Positions 1 to 9,153 of a DNA stretch of 64,000 bases are shown in pieces. Positions within the stretch are counted from its first letter, which is position 1; each line of letters opens with the position of its first letter. The stretch spans positions 1,358-65,357 of the forward strand of contig DAOWGP010000034.1 in NCBI GenBank assembly GCA_030637405.1, given 5' to 3'. This DNA comes from Candidatus Omnitrophota bacterium. GTDB taxonomy: Bacteria; Omnitrophota; Gorgyraeia; Zapsychrales; Zapsychraceae. Below the pieces are notes generated by a model. The model worked only from the letters and a program-made list of their open reading frames with translations. It made no database searches and was not told where the DNA came from. A program made the translations under genes and the position numbers.

Positions 1-291
1 TTTACATTTGTAACGACAGTTTCGATCGCCTTCCCAAGACATATGAAGAATGTCACGGATGGGAACACACTTAAAAATCCGCCCATTCTTCGTTTTATGC
101 ATCCCAAAACGTGTCTTGTAAATTGCACAGTAATATTTGCCTTTGCTTGTTTCCAATAAACTATCCCGCAGCAAGCTACAAGGAATTCTTTCGATTAAAT
201 GTTCACAAGGGTCATCTTCAGGAATACCGCAGCATGACCCGCAGCATGACCCGCAGCATTGGCATAGCTTTTCCCATTTTTCAAGTCGCAT
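1..291 (-). CDS. Cys-cluster (CxxCxxCC / YkgJ-like) putative Zn- or Fe-S-binding protein, 3' end off the window edge
   Basis: Not in ORF track. Manual translation from ATG at 291: MRLEKWEKLCQCCGSCCGSCCGIPEDDPCEHL...KGKYYCAIYKTRFGMHKT...FKCVPIRDIL...; the WEKLCxxCGxCC...C..L...CxIYxxR pattern fits CxxCxxCC proteins; open to position 1. Confidence 0.7.
   Translation of the reverse strand, partial: MRLEKWEKLCQCCGSCCGSCCGIPEDDPCEHLIERIPCSLLRDSLLETSKGKYYCAIYKTRFGMHKTKNGRIFKCVPIRDILHMSWEGDRNCRYKCK
227..260. repeat. 12-bp tandem repeat (CCGCAGCATGAC, ~2.8 copies) encoding CCGS-CCGS-CCG on the minus strand
   Basis: Directly visible at 227-238, 239-250 and 251-259. Confidence 0.85.
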
Positions 292-394
292 TTCCTGCGA
301 TTGACGATATTTTCCTCTTCAGAATAGTCGGATTTTAAGCCCATATATTTCAACAATTTACAGCAGATTCGTGGTAAAAAATCCGGTTTTACAC

Positions 395-432
395 AAAAAA
401 ACTCTTCTCAGGAAACCTACCCTAAAGAAGAG
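395..432 (-). terminator. Intrinsic terminator of the riboswitch expression platform
   Basis: Minus strand CTCTTCT...AGAAGAG stem followed by T7. Confidence 0.7.
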
Positions 433-469
433 AAAATAAGCCGATAAAGGAGGATGTCTCCCTCACCGC

Positions 470-616
470 ACTTCGGCAACTCAGCCACCATTTCGCCATC
501 AACCGTTCTTATGTCTTAGGTGCCCAATGCGCCTCTAAGGGCCTTTTAGGTGTCAGACAATTTAGGTCTGTAGTTTTGTGCCCCCAGGTTTCCCTGGGTT
601 TACCTTTATCGGCTTA
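470..616 (-). ncRNA. c-di-GMP-I (GEMM-I) riboswitch aptamer with enlarged distal P3
   Basis: Minus strand: AAAGGTAAA-CCCAGG-GAAA-CCTGGG-GGCACAAAAC (P2 with GNRA loop), AACT-A-CAG-ACC-TAA...ATGGT-GG-CTG-AGTT (P3 with CCTAA/ATGG tetraloop receptor), then GCCGAA; matches the GEMM-I consensus. Confidence 0.8.
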
Positions 617-670
617 CTGTAAGGATACCATATTTCTCAACGACTTTCAAGGGACTAAAGTCGTTTCCTA

Positions 671-1291
671 TCAAGGGCTTACAAGATTTACAGAATCAAA
701 GAAGCTCCTGATCAAACGTGGATTTTTGATCCCTGGAGACTTTTCCACTCCGCTTGAAACATCGATAGCAAAGGGTTTCGCTGCAGCTAAAGCCTCTTGA
801 ACATTCTGCGGATTTAGGCCTCCAGACAATATAACGGGTTTCTCGATCTTATGTTCTTTAAGAATATCCCAATTAAATACCTTGCCTGTTCCACCAGAAA
901 CTCCCTCTTCATAGGTATCAAACAAGTACGCGTCCACTTTATATTTCTTTATGACATCAACTGGGAAATAATCCCCAATACGAAATGCCTTGATAACCTT
1001 AAAATCCGTAAACCGTTTGCAATAGACGGCTTTTTCCTCTCCATGAAACTGGACCGTACGAATACGGGTAAATTTACAGATGTCCCGGACAGCCCGATCG
1101 GATTGATCAACAAACACGCCAACCGGTGTCACAAAAGGCGGCAAGGCTTCAATGATCTTCCTCACGCGGCTCGGAGAGACATACCTCGGACTTTTTTTAG
1201 AAAAAACAAATCCTAGCGCCCAAGCCCCATAATAAACCGCTTTTAGAGCATCCTCACTGTTCGTTATTCCACACACTTTAACTCTGACCAT
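671..1291 (-). CDS. trpF: Phosphoribosylanthranilate isomerase
   Basis: VKVCGIT, QFHGEE, GGTG, LSGGLNP, DVSSGVE motifs. Confidence 0.95.
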   Translation of the reverse strand: MVRVKVCGITNSEDALKAVYYGAWALGFVFSKKSPRYVSPSRVRKIIEALPPFVTPVGVFVDQSDRAVRDICKFTRIRTVQFHGEEKAVYCKRFTDFKVIKAFRIGDYFPVDVIKKYKVDAYLFDTYEEGVSGGTGKVFNWDILKEHKIEKPVILSGGLNPQNVQEALAAAKPFAIDVSSGVEKSPGIKNPRLIRSFFDSVNLVSP

Positions 1292-2063
1292 AGAGAACTC
1301 TCCTTATTTTCTTACCAATATCTTCTTCCCGCATAAACGTTTCCCCAATAAGCACGCCATGGGCTCCAATCTTTCTTAACGCCTTAACTTCTGAATGTTT
1401 TTTAAATCCACTTTCCCCGACAATAACTTTTCCTTTAGGGATCTTCGGAATGATACGCGCGCAGGTTTGCATATCGACAACAAAGGCATGCAGATCACGA
1501 TTATTCACACCGATGATCTCTGCCCCGGCATCACAAGCCCTTTTAAGCTCATTTTCGTTATGAACCTCAACCAGGCAATCAAGGCCCAGAGAATGCGCTG
1601 TATCGATCAACTCCTTAAGCCTGAGATCATCTAATATACCCACAATCAATAAAACGGCATTCGCTCCATTGACAAGGGCTTCATAGATCTGGCCGTCATT
1701 AATAAAAAAGTCCTTAGCCAGGACCGGAATGTTAACAACCTCGCTGATTTGTTTTACAAATTTCGGCTTCCCAAGAAAATATTTATCCTCGGTCAGAACC
1801 GAAATAGCCGCCGCATTATTTTCCGCGTAGATCTTGGCGATCGCTACCGGGTCAAAGTTTTCGCGAATCAGACCTTTTGAAGGCGAAGCCTTTTTGACCT
1901 CAGCAATCAGCTTGATCTGTCCCGGCCCGGCGATCCTGTCCCGGAATAAATGCGGGCGCGCACATTCTTTAGCCTTCCATTTGAGTGAAAAATAAAAATC
2001 CTTTTTCTCTTTAATTAGGGCCTGCTTGTAATTCAAAATGTTTGTTAAAAAAGCTTCTGTCAT
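1278..2063 (-). CDS. trpC: Indole-3-glycerol phosphate synthase
   Basis: IAEVKKASPSKG, ISVLTE, KDF, GVNNRDL, ESG motifs. Confidence 0.95.
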   Translation of the reverse strand: MTEAFLTNILNYKQALIKEKKDFYFSLKWKAKECARPHLFRDRIAGPGQIKLIAEVKKASPSKGLIRENFDPVAIAKIYAENNAAAISVLTEDKYFLGKPKFVKQISEVVNIPVLAKDFFINDGQIYEALVNGANAVLLIVGILDDLRLKELIDTAHSLGLDCLVEVHNENELKRACDAGAEIIGVNNRDLHAFVVDMQTCARIIPKIPKGKVIVGESGFKKHSEVKALRKIGAHGVLIGETFMREEDIGKKIRRVLYGQS

Positions 2064-2073
2064 TAAATTGCCC

Positions 2074-3084
2074 TTAAAATCTTTGTGTAAACTGTTTTAA
2101 TTCGTTAAGTTTATCCAGTGCTTTAGCCGAATCGATCGTCGCCTTGGCCATATCCATCCCTTGCGAAATACTCGTAACTTTTTCTGCGACATAAAGCGCA
2201 TAGGCGGCATTCAAGAGAACAATATCCATCTTTGGCCCGGCTTTACCGATCAATATCTCCTCACAGATACGGACATTTGTCTCTAGACCACCACCTTCTA
2301 GATCGTGCGGTTTCGCGATGCTTATTCCTAGCTCCTCCGGTGAGATGTCGTAGGAAATAACCTCATTCCCGTCATATTCACTGATAAATGTTTTGTCGGT
2401 TATCGTGATCTCGTCTAAACCATCACTGCCATGAACAACCATTGCGCGTTTTAACCCTAAATTTTTAAGCACGTGGGCCATCGGCTCAACGAGATCCCGG
2501 CTATAAACACCCAGAATCTGATGTGTCGCGCGAGCCGGATTTGTCAGCGGTCCCAAAATGTTAAAGATCGTCTCCACGCCAAGCTTTTTCCGGATTGGAG
2601 CCACATTTTTCATCGCTGGATGAAGCTTTTGGGCGAATAAAAAAGCAATTCCAACCTCATCAAGGCAAGCGCTTAAATGCGCTTGCTCAACATTTAAATT
2701 AACTCCGAGGGCCTCCAAAACATCCGCGCTTCCACATTTACTGGAAACCGAACGGTTCCCATGTTTTGCGACAGCAACACCAGCTCCCGCAACAACAAGT
2801 GCGGTTACCGTTGAAATATTGAAAGTGTTTTTCTTATCACCGCCGGTCCCGCATGTATCTAAGACATCTTCGTGCTTTGTTTCAATACCCACTACAAACT
2901 TGCGCATGATCTTGGCCGCTCCGGTAATTTCGTCTACCGTCGGCCCTTTTTCTCTAAGCGCCAGCAAGAAACCTGAAATATCCTCCTCAGGGGATTCACC
3001 CGACATGATCTCATGCATAATTTCTTCGATCTCATTTTGGGTTAAATTTTCCTTTTTTTGCAATTTCTGGATACATGTTTTCAT
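2074..3084 (-). CDS. trpD: Anthranilate phosphoribosyltransferase
   Basis: DTCGTGGD, FNIST, KHGNRSVSSKCGSAD, FNILGPLTNP. Confidence 0.95.
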   Translation of the reverse strand: MKTCIQKLQKKENLTQNEIEEIMHEIMSGESPEEDISGFLLALREKGPTVDEITGAAKIMRKFVVGIETKHEDVLDTCGTGGDKKNTFNISTVTALVVAGAGVAVAKHGNRSVSSKCGSADVLEALGVNLNVEQAHLSACLDEVGIAFLFAQKLHPAMKNVAPIRKKLGVETIFNILGPLTNPARATHQILGVYSRDLVEPMAHVLKNLGLKRAMVVHGSDGLDEITITDKTFISEYDGNEVISYDISPEELGISIAKPHDLEGGGLETNVRICEEILIGKAGPKMDIVLLNAAYALYVAEKVTSISQGMDMAKATIDSAKALDKLNELKQFTQRF

Positions 3085-3123
3085 AATAATCAATCACCCT
3101 ATCCTGTCCCTACATGATGTTTC

Positions 3124-3693
3124 CTATGTTTTCATTGTTAAAAAATTCTTTAGAATTTTCTTTCCCTCTTTTGTCAATATTGATTCAGGATGGAATTGAA
3201 CACCCCAAAGCGGAAAATCTTTGTGCCTAAGAGCCATGATCTCGCCATCGCTTGTGCGCGCAGTTATTTCGAAACACTTAGGCATGGTTTTCTTTTCAAT
3301 CACTAATGAATGATAACGTGTCGCTTCAAACGGGTTTTCAATTGCTTTAAAGATATCTTTGCCGTTATGACGGATCATCGATGTTTTTCCATGCATTAAT
3401 TTCTTAGCCCGTATGATTTTTCCGCCATACGCATACCCGATACATTGATGCCCTAAGCAAACCCCGAGGATCGGAATTATTCCGGCAAATTCACGAATAA
3501 GATCAACAGAAATCCCCGCGCTTTCGGGGCGACCGGGCCCGGGAGAAATAACGATTTGCTTAGGCCGCATGCGCTTGATCTGTGCCAGCGTTAATTCATC
3601 ATTGCGGCACACCTTCAAATCGACTCCGAGTTCTCCGAAATATTGAACAAGGTTATACGTAAACGAATCATAATTATCGATCATAAGGATCAT
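3124..3693 (-). CDS. trpG: Anthranilate/aminodeoxychorismate synthase component II (glutamine amidotransferase)
   Basis: [34 protein letters not shown]. Confidence 0.93.
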   Translation of the reverse strand: MILMIDNYDSFTYNLVQYFGELGVDLKVCRNDELTLAQIKRMRPKQIVISPGPGRPESAGISVDLIREFAGIIPILGVCLGHQCIGYAYGGKIIRAKKLMHGKTSMIRHNGKDIFKAIENPFEATRYHSLVIEKKTMPKCFEITARTSDGEIMALRHKDFPLWGVQFHPESILTKEGKKILKNFLTMKT

Positions 3694-3751
3694 TTGTTTT
3701 TTCTCTGCTTCTTTCTTCTCCGCATCTTTGCTTCTTCTCTATTTCCTCTCT

Positions 3752-5014
3752 TTACTCTTCTTCTCTATATACCTTCGCCCCCAGGATTGTCAGCTTTTCA
3801 TCCAAAGATTCATAGCCGCGCTCTAAGTGATACATGCGATGGATCTCTGTCCTTCCTTTAGCCGCCAAGCCGGCAATGATCAAGGCCGCCGAAGCCCGCA
3901 GATCAGAAGCCATAACCGGAGCTCCATAAAGTTTTTTAATGCCCTGGACAATCGCATTAGATCCGTCGCGCCGGATATCCGCCCCCATCCGGTTTAATTC
4001 AGCAATATGCATAAACCGGTCGGGATAAACTTTATCGGTGATAACACTGACGCCTTGTGTGACCGCCATAAAAGCCATGAATTGCGCTTGCAGATCTGTC
4101 GGAAACCCGGGATAGGGATGCGTAGTAATTCCGATCGGCTTGATAGATTTTCTTGGCTTAACTTTTATAAGGCCTTCTTCATCGGTCACTTTAACGCCGG
4201 CCTGGTTGAGCTTATCGACAAGTACCATCAAATGTGAATAGCAACCATTGCGCAAAGAAATCGAACTTTTAGTCGCCGCGGCCATTAAAATATACGTGCC
4301 GGCCTCAATGCGGTCGGGTATAATTTTAAACGACGCTCCGCGAAGCTTTTTAACACCTGTCACCGTCAAACAATGACTACCTTTGCCCTTTATTTTTGCG
4401 CCCATCGCGACAAGAAAATGTGTAAGATTCTCTATCTCCGGTTCGCAAGCGGCTGATTCGATGATCGTCGTCCCCTTAGCGAGTGTTGCCGCCATTAAAA
4501 TATTGGCAGTCGCTAAAACGGATGAGCCGAACATTCCCCCCAAATAAATATGATTCCCTCGAAGGTGCCGGGCGTGCGCCGTCACATAACCATTAGCAAT
4601 CTCAATCCTTGCCCCCAACGCTTTGAGCCCCTTAAGATGCAGATCAACAGGACGGATACCAATAATACATCCGCCGGGTAATGACACTTTTGCTTTTTTT
4701 AATTTTGCAAGAAGAGGACCTAAAACACAGAACGACCCGCGCATCGTTGAAACCAACTTATAGTCGGCAACATGATTTAATTTACCTTTAGCTGAAATCG
4801 TAGCTTTGCTTCCCGCAACCTCAACGGTCTTTCCTAAAGATTCTAAAAGTGCTGTCATCGTTTTTGTGTCTCGCAATTGAGGCACATTACGCAAAACACA
4901 AGGCTCATCGGTCAACAGAGTCGCGGCCATAATCGGCAAAGCGGCATTTTTTGATCCGCTGATTGTTACCTCGCCTTTTAAGGGCATCTCACCTTCAATA
5001 ATTAATTTTTCCAT
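3752..5014 (-). CDS. murA: UDP-N-acetylglucosamine 1-carboxyvinyltransferase
   Basis: SGSKNAALP, LPGGCIIGIRPVDLH (catalytic Cys), PGFPTDLQ, DLRASA. Confidence 0.96.
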   Translation of the reverse strand: MEKLIIEGEMPLKGEVTISGSKNAALPIMAATLLTDEPCVLRNVPQLRDTKTMTALLESLGKTVEVAGSKATISAKGKLNHVADYKLVSTMRGSFCVLGPLLAKLKKAKVSLPGGCIIGIRPVDLHLKGLKALGARIEIANGYVTAHARHLRGNHIYLGGMFGSSVLATANILMAATLAKGTTIIESAACEPEIENLTHFLVAMGAKIKGKGSHCLTVTGVKKLRGASFKIIPDRIEAGTYILMAAATKSSISLRNGCYSHLMVLVDKLNQAGVKVTDEEGLIKVKPRKSIKPIGITTHPYPGFPTDLQAQFMAFMAVTQGVSVITDKVYPDRFMHIAELNRMGADIRRDGSNAIVQGIKKLYGAPVMASDLRASAALIIAGLAAKGRTEIHRMYHLERGYESLDEKLTILGAKVYREEE

Positions 5015-5817
5015 TGCGCATCCATCCGGGCTATAACGACCCGCTTGGTCCCCACATAATCTTTATAAAAATGGATAACCGCATATCGCGGATACCGGGC
5101 AAAAATAGATTCAATAGCGTCGTGCTGGCCGTCACCAATTTCCATGATAAGAAAGCCTTTAGGATCTAATATTTGCCAACCATATTCGATGATCGTCCGG
5201 TAAAATCGTAAACCATCCTCGCCGCCATCTAAGGCAATCCGTGGTTCCCTGCGGACATCTTCAGGCAATTCATGAATGAGTCCTGCTGGAATATAGGGCG
5301 GATTAGAAACAATAACATCGAACATTTTTCCTGAATGCGCGCTATCTTTGAGATACGCCAGCATATCCCGACACGAAAATTGAATTTTCTGCTCAACATA
5401 ATTGGCGCTGGCATTTTCCTTCGCTAAGGCGAGCGCGTCATCACTGATATCTAAAGCTGTTATTGTTATGTTAACAATATTTTTTAAAAGAGCGATCGTA
5501 ATATTTCCGGATCCAACGCCGAGATCCAACACGTTGAGTGTTTTTTCTTCCCGCATTGATTTAATCTTTTCAATAGCCAGATCAACTAAGATCTCCGTCT
5601 CGGGACGTGGAATAAGCGCACGTTGATCAACCGAAAGCGCTGTACCCATAAAATCACATTGACCTAAAATATATTGTAAGGGCTCACCCTCGGCCCGCCT
5701 GGCTTTCATCAGATCACACTTAAGTTTCTGGGAAGAAGTCAGATATCCTTTATTTAACGCGAGATCAACGCGCCGGCAATCAAGTATAGAGGTCAGCATT
5801 AAATCATTTTCAGTCAT
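5002..5817 (-). CDS. prmC: Release factor glutamine methyltransferase
   Basis: GEPLQYILG, LIPRPETE, DLGVGSG, SNPPYI, ALDGGEDGL; likely ATG at 5817 overlapping the prfA end. Confidence 0.93.
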   Translation of the reverse strand: MTENDLMLTSILDCRRVDLALNKGYLTSSQKLKCDLMKARRAEGEPLQYILGQCDFMGTALSVDQRALIPRPETEILVDLAIEKIKSMREEKTLNVLDLGVGSGNITIALLKNIVNITITALDISDDALALAKENASANYVEQKIQFSCRDMLAYLKDSAHSGKMFDVIVSNPPYIPAGLIHELPEDVRREPRIALDGGEDGLRFYRTIIEYGWQILDPKGFLIMEIGDGQHDAIESIFARYPRYAVIHFYKDYVGTKRVVIARMDAQWKN

Positions 5818-6874
5818 TGGCCTGCTCCTGCGCATCCGCGTGATTGAGGGCTTCAGCGATCTCATCGAGGCTTCCGTCCATCACATCCATCAGCCGATGC
5901 GTTGTAAATCCGATGCGATGGTCTGTTACGCGACGATCAGGATAATTGTAGGTGCGGATCTTCTCGCTACGGTCACCCGAACCGACTTTAAGTTTTCGGT
6001 CCTGGGATTCTTTATCAGACCGCTCGCTCTGGATCTTATCCATTAAACGCGCCCGTAAAACACGCATCGCTTTATGCTTGTTCTTCAATTGTGAACGCTC
6101 ATCCTGACAAATAACGACAAGACCTGAAGGCAAGTGGGTAATGCGCACAGCCGAATCCGTCGTATTAACGCTTTGCCCTCCCGGGCCGGAAGAACGGAAA
6201 ATATCGATCTTCAAGTCCTTGGGGTCAATATTGATATCCACTTCTTCGGGCTCAAATAAAATAGCTACGGTCGCAGCAGAAGTATGTATGCGCCCTGAAG
6301 CCTCTGTTTCGGGAACACGCTGAACACGATGAGCGCCGCTTTCCCATTTTAGATGCTTCTCCGCACCTTTGCCGCTTACGCTGAAAATAATTTCCTTAAA
6401 GCCGCCGGTTTCCGACGCATTACTGCTAATGGCCTCAGCCGTCCATCCTTTTTGATCAGCATATTTTGTATACATCCTATACAAATCTGCCGCAAACAAG
6501 CTTGCCTCTTGCCCGCCGGTACCAGCCCGAATCTCAATGATCAGGTCGCGGTCTCTTTCCTGCTTCTTTGGATTGGTCAGATCATTAAGGTGATCTGAGA
6601 GACCCATCTTCTTTTCCTTTAGATCTGCCAGCTCAACTTTTGCCAATGCTTCAAACTCCTCGTCATGCTTTTCCTTAAGAAGCATTTCGGTTTCCTGGAT
6701 CTGTCCAACAATTTCTTTCAAGGATCGAAACGTTGTTACGACCAGCGTGATACCGGAATATTCTTTGGCCAATTTCGCGTATTGGCTTTGATCGGAGATC
6801 ATTTGAGGATCAGCAAGAAGCTGCTCTAATTCAGCATACCGCTCTTCGATTTTTTCGTACTTCTCCAATGCCAT
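5810..6874 (-). CDS. prfA: Peptide chain release factor 1
   Basis: EIRAGTGG, HRVQRVPETE (PxT motif), GGQ, IRTYNYP. Confidence 0.96.
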   Translation of the reverse strand: MALEKYEKIEERYAELEQLLADPQMISDQSQYAKLAKEYSGITLVVTTFRSLKEIVGQIQETEMLLKEKHDEEFEALAKVELADLKEKKMGLSDHLNDLTNPKKQERDRDLIIEIRAGTGGQEASLFAADLYRMYTKYADQKGWTAEAISSNASETGGFKEIIFSVSGKGAEKHLKWESGAHRVQRVPETEASGRIHTSAATVAILFEPEEVDINIDPKDLKIDIFRSSGPGGQSVNTTDSAVRITHLPSGLVVICQDERSQLKNKHKAMRVLRARLMDKIQSERSDKESQDRKLKVGSGDRSEKIRTYNYPDRRVTDHRIGFTTHRLMDVMDGSLDEIAEALNHADAQEQAND

Positions 6875-6876
6875 AT

Positions 6877-7080
6877 TTACGTATTCTTTTTGTAACGTTT
6901 CTTGAAGCGTTCAATACGTCCCGCCATATCCACGAATTTCTTGTCTCCCGTGAAAAATGGATGACATTTGGAGCAGATCTCCACACGGATATTCTTTTTT
7001 GTCGACCGTGTATGGATCACCTCCCCGCAGGCGCAGGTGATTGTCGTCTCTTCATACTCTGGGTGAATCTTTGGTTTCAT
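6877..7080 (-). CDS. rpmE: 50S ribosomal protein L31 (Zn-binding type)
   Basis: [29 protein letters not shown]. Confidence 0.95.
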   Translation of the reverse strand: MKPKIHPEYEETTITCACGEVIHTRSTKKNIRVEICSKCHPFFTGDKKFVDMAGRIERFKKRYKKNT

Positions 7081-7171
7081 CTTTACTAACTCCCGTCATT
7101 TTCATCATTTACCATTAAGGTGAAATGACGAGGCTCGTACCCTATCGCGTAATAAGGGTGGGTACGGCCTT

Positions 7172-8545
7172 TTACATTTTATTGAGATTATCTAAGAACT
7201 CAGCGTTTGTTTTGTACTTTCCAACTTTATCGATCAGCAATTCCATTGCTTCGGCTGAATTGAGATCGTGCACGGCTTTGCGCAAAAGCCAAATGCGCTG
7301 CAAGTCATCTTCCGGAATCAATTTCTCTTCATGGCGCGTATTGGACCGTTTGATGTCGATCGCCGGATAAATCCTTCTCTGGAACAAGTTGCGGTCCAAC
7401 TGCAATTCCATATTACCCGTCCCCTTAAACTCCTCAAAAATAACTTCATCCATACGGCTTCCTGTTTCAATGAGCGATGTCGCGATAACCGTTAAACTGC
7501 CGCCCTCTTCAACAGCGCGCGCCGCGCCGAAAAACCTCTTCGGCTTGTGCAGCGCATTTGAGTCTACTCCACCGGAAAGGATTTTCCCGCTATGCGGAAC
7601 AACCGTGTTATAGGCCCGCGCCAAACGCGTGATACTGTCTAAAAGAATAACAACATCACGTTTATGCTCAACAAGCCGTTTTGCTTTTTCAAGCACCATT
7701 TCAGCGATCTGAACGTGACGCTCGGCCGGCTCATCAAAAGTGGAGGAGATCACCTCTCCCTTGACACTTCGCTGCATGTCCGTGACTTCTTCGGGGCGCT
7801 CATCGATCAATAGAACCATCAGAATAACATCCGGCTGATTCTGCATGATGGAATTAGCGACCTTTTGCATGAGCACCGTCTTGCCGCTATACGGCGGCGC
7901 AACTATCAATGCCCTTTGCCCCTTTCCTAACGGAGTCAGTAAATCCATGATCCGCATGGAAATTTCTTTCGGCCCGGACTCTAAAATGATCCGGTCCTTC
8001 GGATACAACGGCGTTAAATTATCAAAAAAGATCTTTTCTTTGCAGTTTTCCGGATTCTCAAAATTCACCGCCTCCACTTTGAGAAGCGCAAAATATTTCT
8101 CTCCTTCTTTCGGAGGGCGGATGTGACCGCCAACGCTATCGCCGGTCTTCAGATCAAACCGGCGGATCTGTGAAGGGGAAACATAGATATCATCAGGACA
8201 CGGCAGATAATTATAATTCACACTTCTTAAAAAGCCAAATCCTTCTGAGAGGATCTCCAGCGTCCCTTCACCAAACATCAAACCCTGCTTTTCGGCTTGA
8301 GCCTGAAGGATCTTGAAAATAAGATCCTGCTTGCGAATACCGCTTATGCCATTGACCCCCATTCCCTTGGCAAATTTCGACAGCTCGGACACCTTGCTAT
8401 CCTTAAGCTTGGTAATATCCATATAATTTTCTTTGTCGGGCTTGACATCTTTTTTTACAGCAGCCTTTTCCCTGCTTTGCGCTGTCTTTTCCATTGCCTT
8501 GCCCCCTCCGGTTGCTTTACTTTCTTTTATCATAGTTTTTCCCAT
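7172..8545 (-). CDS. rho: Transcription termination factor Rho
   Basis: [51 protein letters not shown]. Confidence 0.97.
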   Translation of the reverse strand: MGKTMIKESKATGGGKAMEKTAQSREKAAVKKDVKPDKENYMDITKLKDSKVSELSKFAKGMGVNGISGIRKQDLIFKILQAQAEKQGLMFGEGTLEILSEGFGFLRSVNYNYLPCPDDIYVSPSQIRRFDLKTGDSVGGHIRPPKEGEKYFALLKVEAVNFENPENCKEKIFFDNLTPLYPKDRIILESGPKEISMRIMDLLTPLGKGQRALIVAPPYSGKTVLMQKVANSIMQNQPDVILMVLLIDERPEEVTDMQRSVKGEVISSTFDEPAERHVQIAEMVLEKAKRLVEHKRDVVILLDSITRLARAYNTVVPHSGKILSGGVDSNALHKPKRFFGAARAVEEGGSLTVIATSLIETGSRMDEVIFEEFKGTGNMELQLDRNLFQRRIYPAIDIKRSNTRHEEKLIPEDDLQRIWLLRKAVHDLNSAEAMELLIDKVGKYKTNAEFLDNLNKM

Positions 8546-9153
8546 ATCTGTTTCACCTGTTTTATAGTTTGTTTTAATGTTCCATCGTTATCTATGATCA
8601 TATCCGCTAAACGGATTTTTTTTCGCAGGGGCATTTGCGCCTTTATGCGACGCTGTGCCTCTGACTTTGTTATTCTCAATAATTTTGTTGCCCGCGAGAT
8701 CCTGTTTGTCCTGCTCGCTTTCACTACAATCGAGATATCAACATCCCGGTCCAACTTCGCCTCAAACAAAAGCGGCACATCCAAAACAATGACCGTTTTG
8801 GGCTTGCGGCTTTTGTATGCCTTGATCTTCGCAAGTAGTGATCCGCGCACTTCAGGATGAACAATCTTCTCAAGCTTGCGCAATTGTCTTGAATTGTGAA
8901 ATACCTGTTTCGCGATTCTTTTCCGGTCAATCTTCCCCGCCGTTAAAACGTCTTTTCCAAAAGCTTTAACGATCCGCCCGAAACAAACACTGCCAGGGCG
9001 CATTAGCTGGTGGGCTATTGCATCCGCATCCAATACCTTTGCTCCCAGATCAGCAAACATCCCCGCAACCGTTGATTTTCCGGACCCTAAACTTCCCGTC
9101 AATCCGATCACGTGCGCCTTGGCAGTATCGGAAAACTTATTGCTTCTTGACAT
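8530..9153 (-). CDS. coaE: Dephospho-CoA kinase
   Basis: [40 protein letters not shown]. Confidence 0.93.
   Translation of the reverse strand: MSRSNKFSDTAKAHVIGLTGSLGSGKSTVAGMFADLGAKVLDADAIAHQLMRPGSVCFGRIVKAFGKDVLTAGKIDRKRIAKQVFHNSRQLRKLEKIVHPEVRGSLLAKIKAYKSRKPKTVIVLDVPLLFEAKLDRDVDISIVVKASRTNRISRATKLLRITKSEAQRRIKAQMPLRKKIRLADMIIDNDGTLKQTIKQVKQIWEKL

Noticed and set aside
227-260. Repeat as a CRISPR array
   Set aside because: 12-bp units with no spacers; in-frame coding duplication
111-800. Plus-strand ORFs 111-338 and 576-800
   Set aside because: Antisense to the Cys-cluster gene, riboswitch and trpF; no recognisable motifs
3694-3751. Purine-rich spacer as a trp attenuator or leader peptide
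   Set aside because: No Trp codons and no terminator/antiterminator stems
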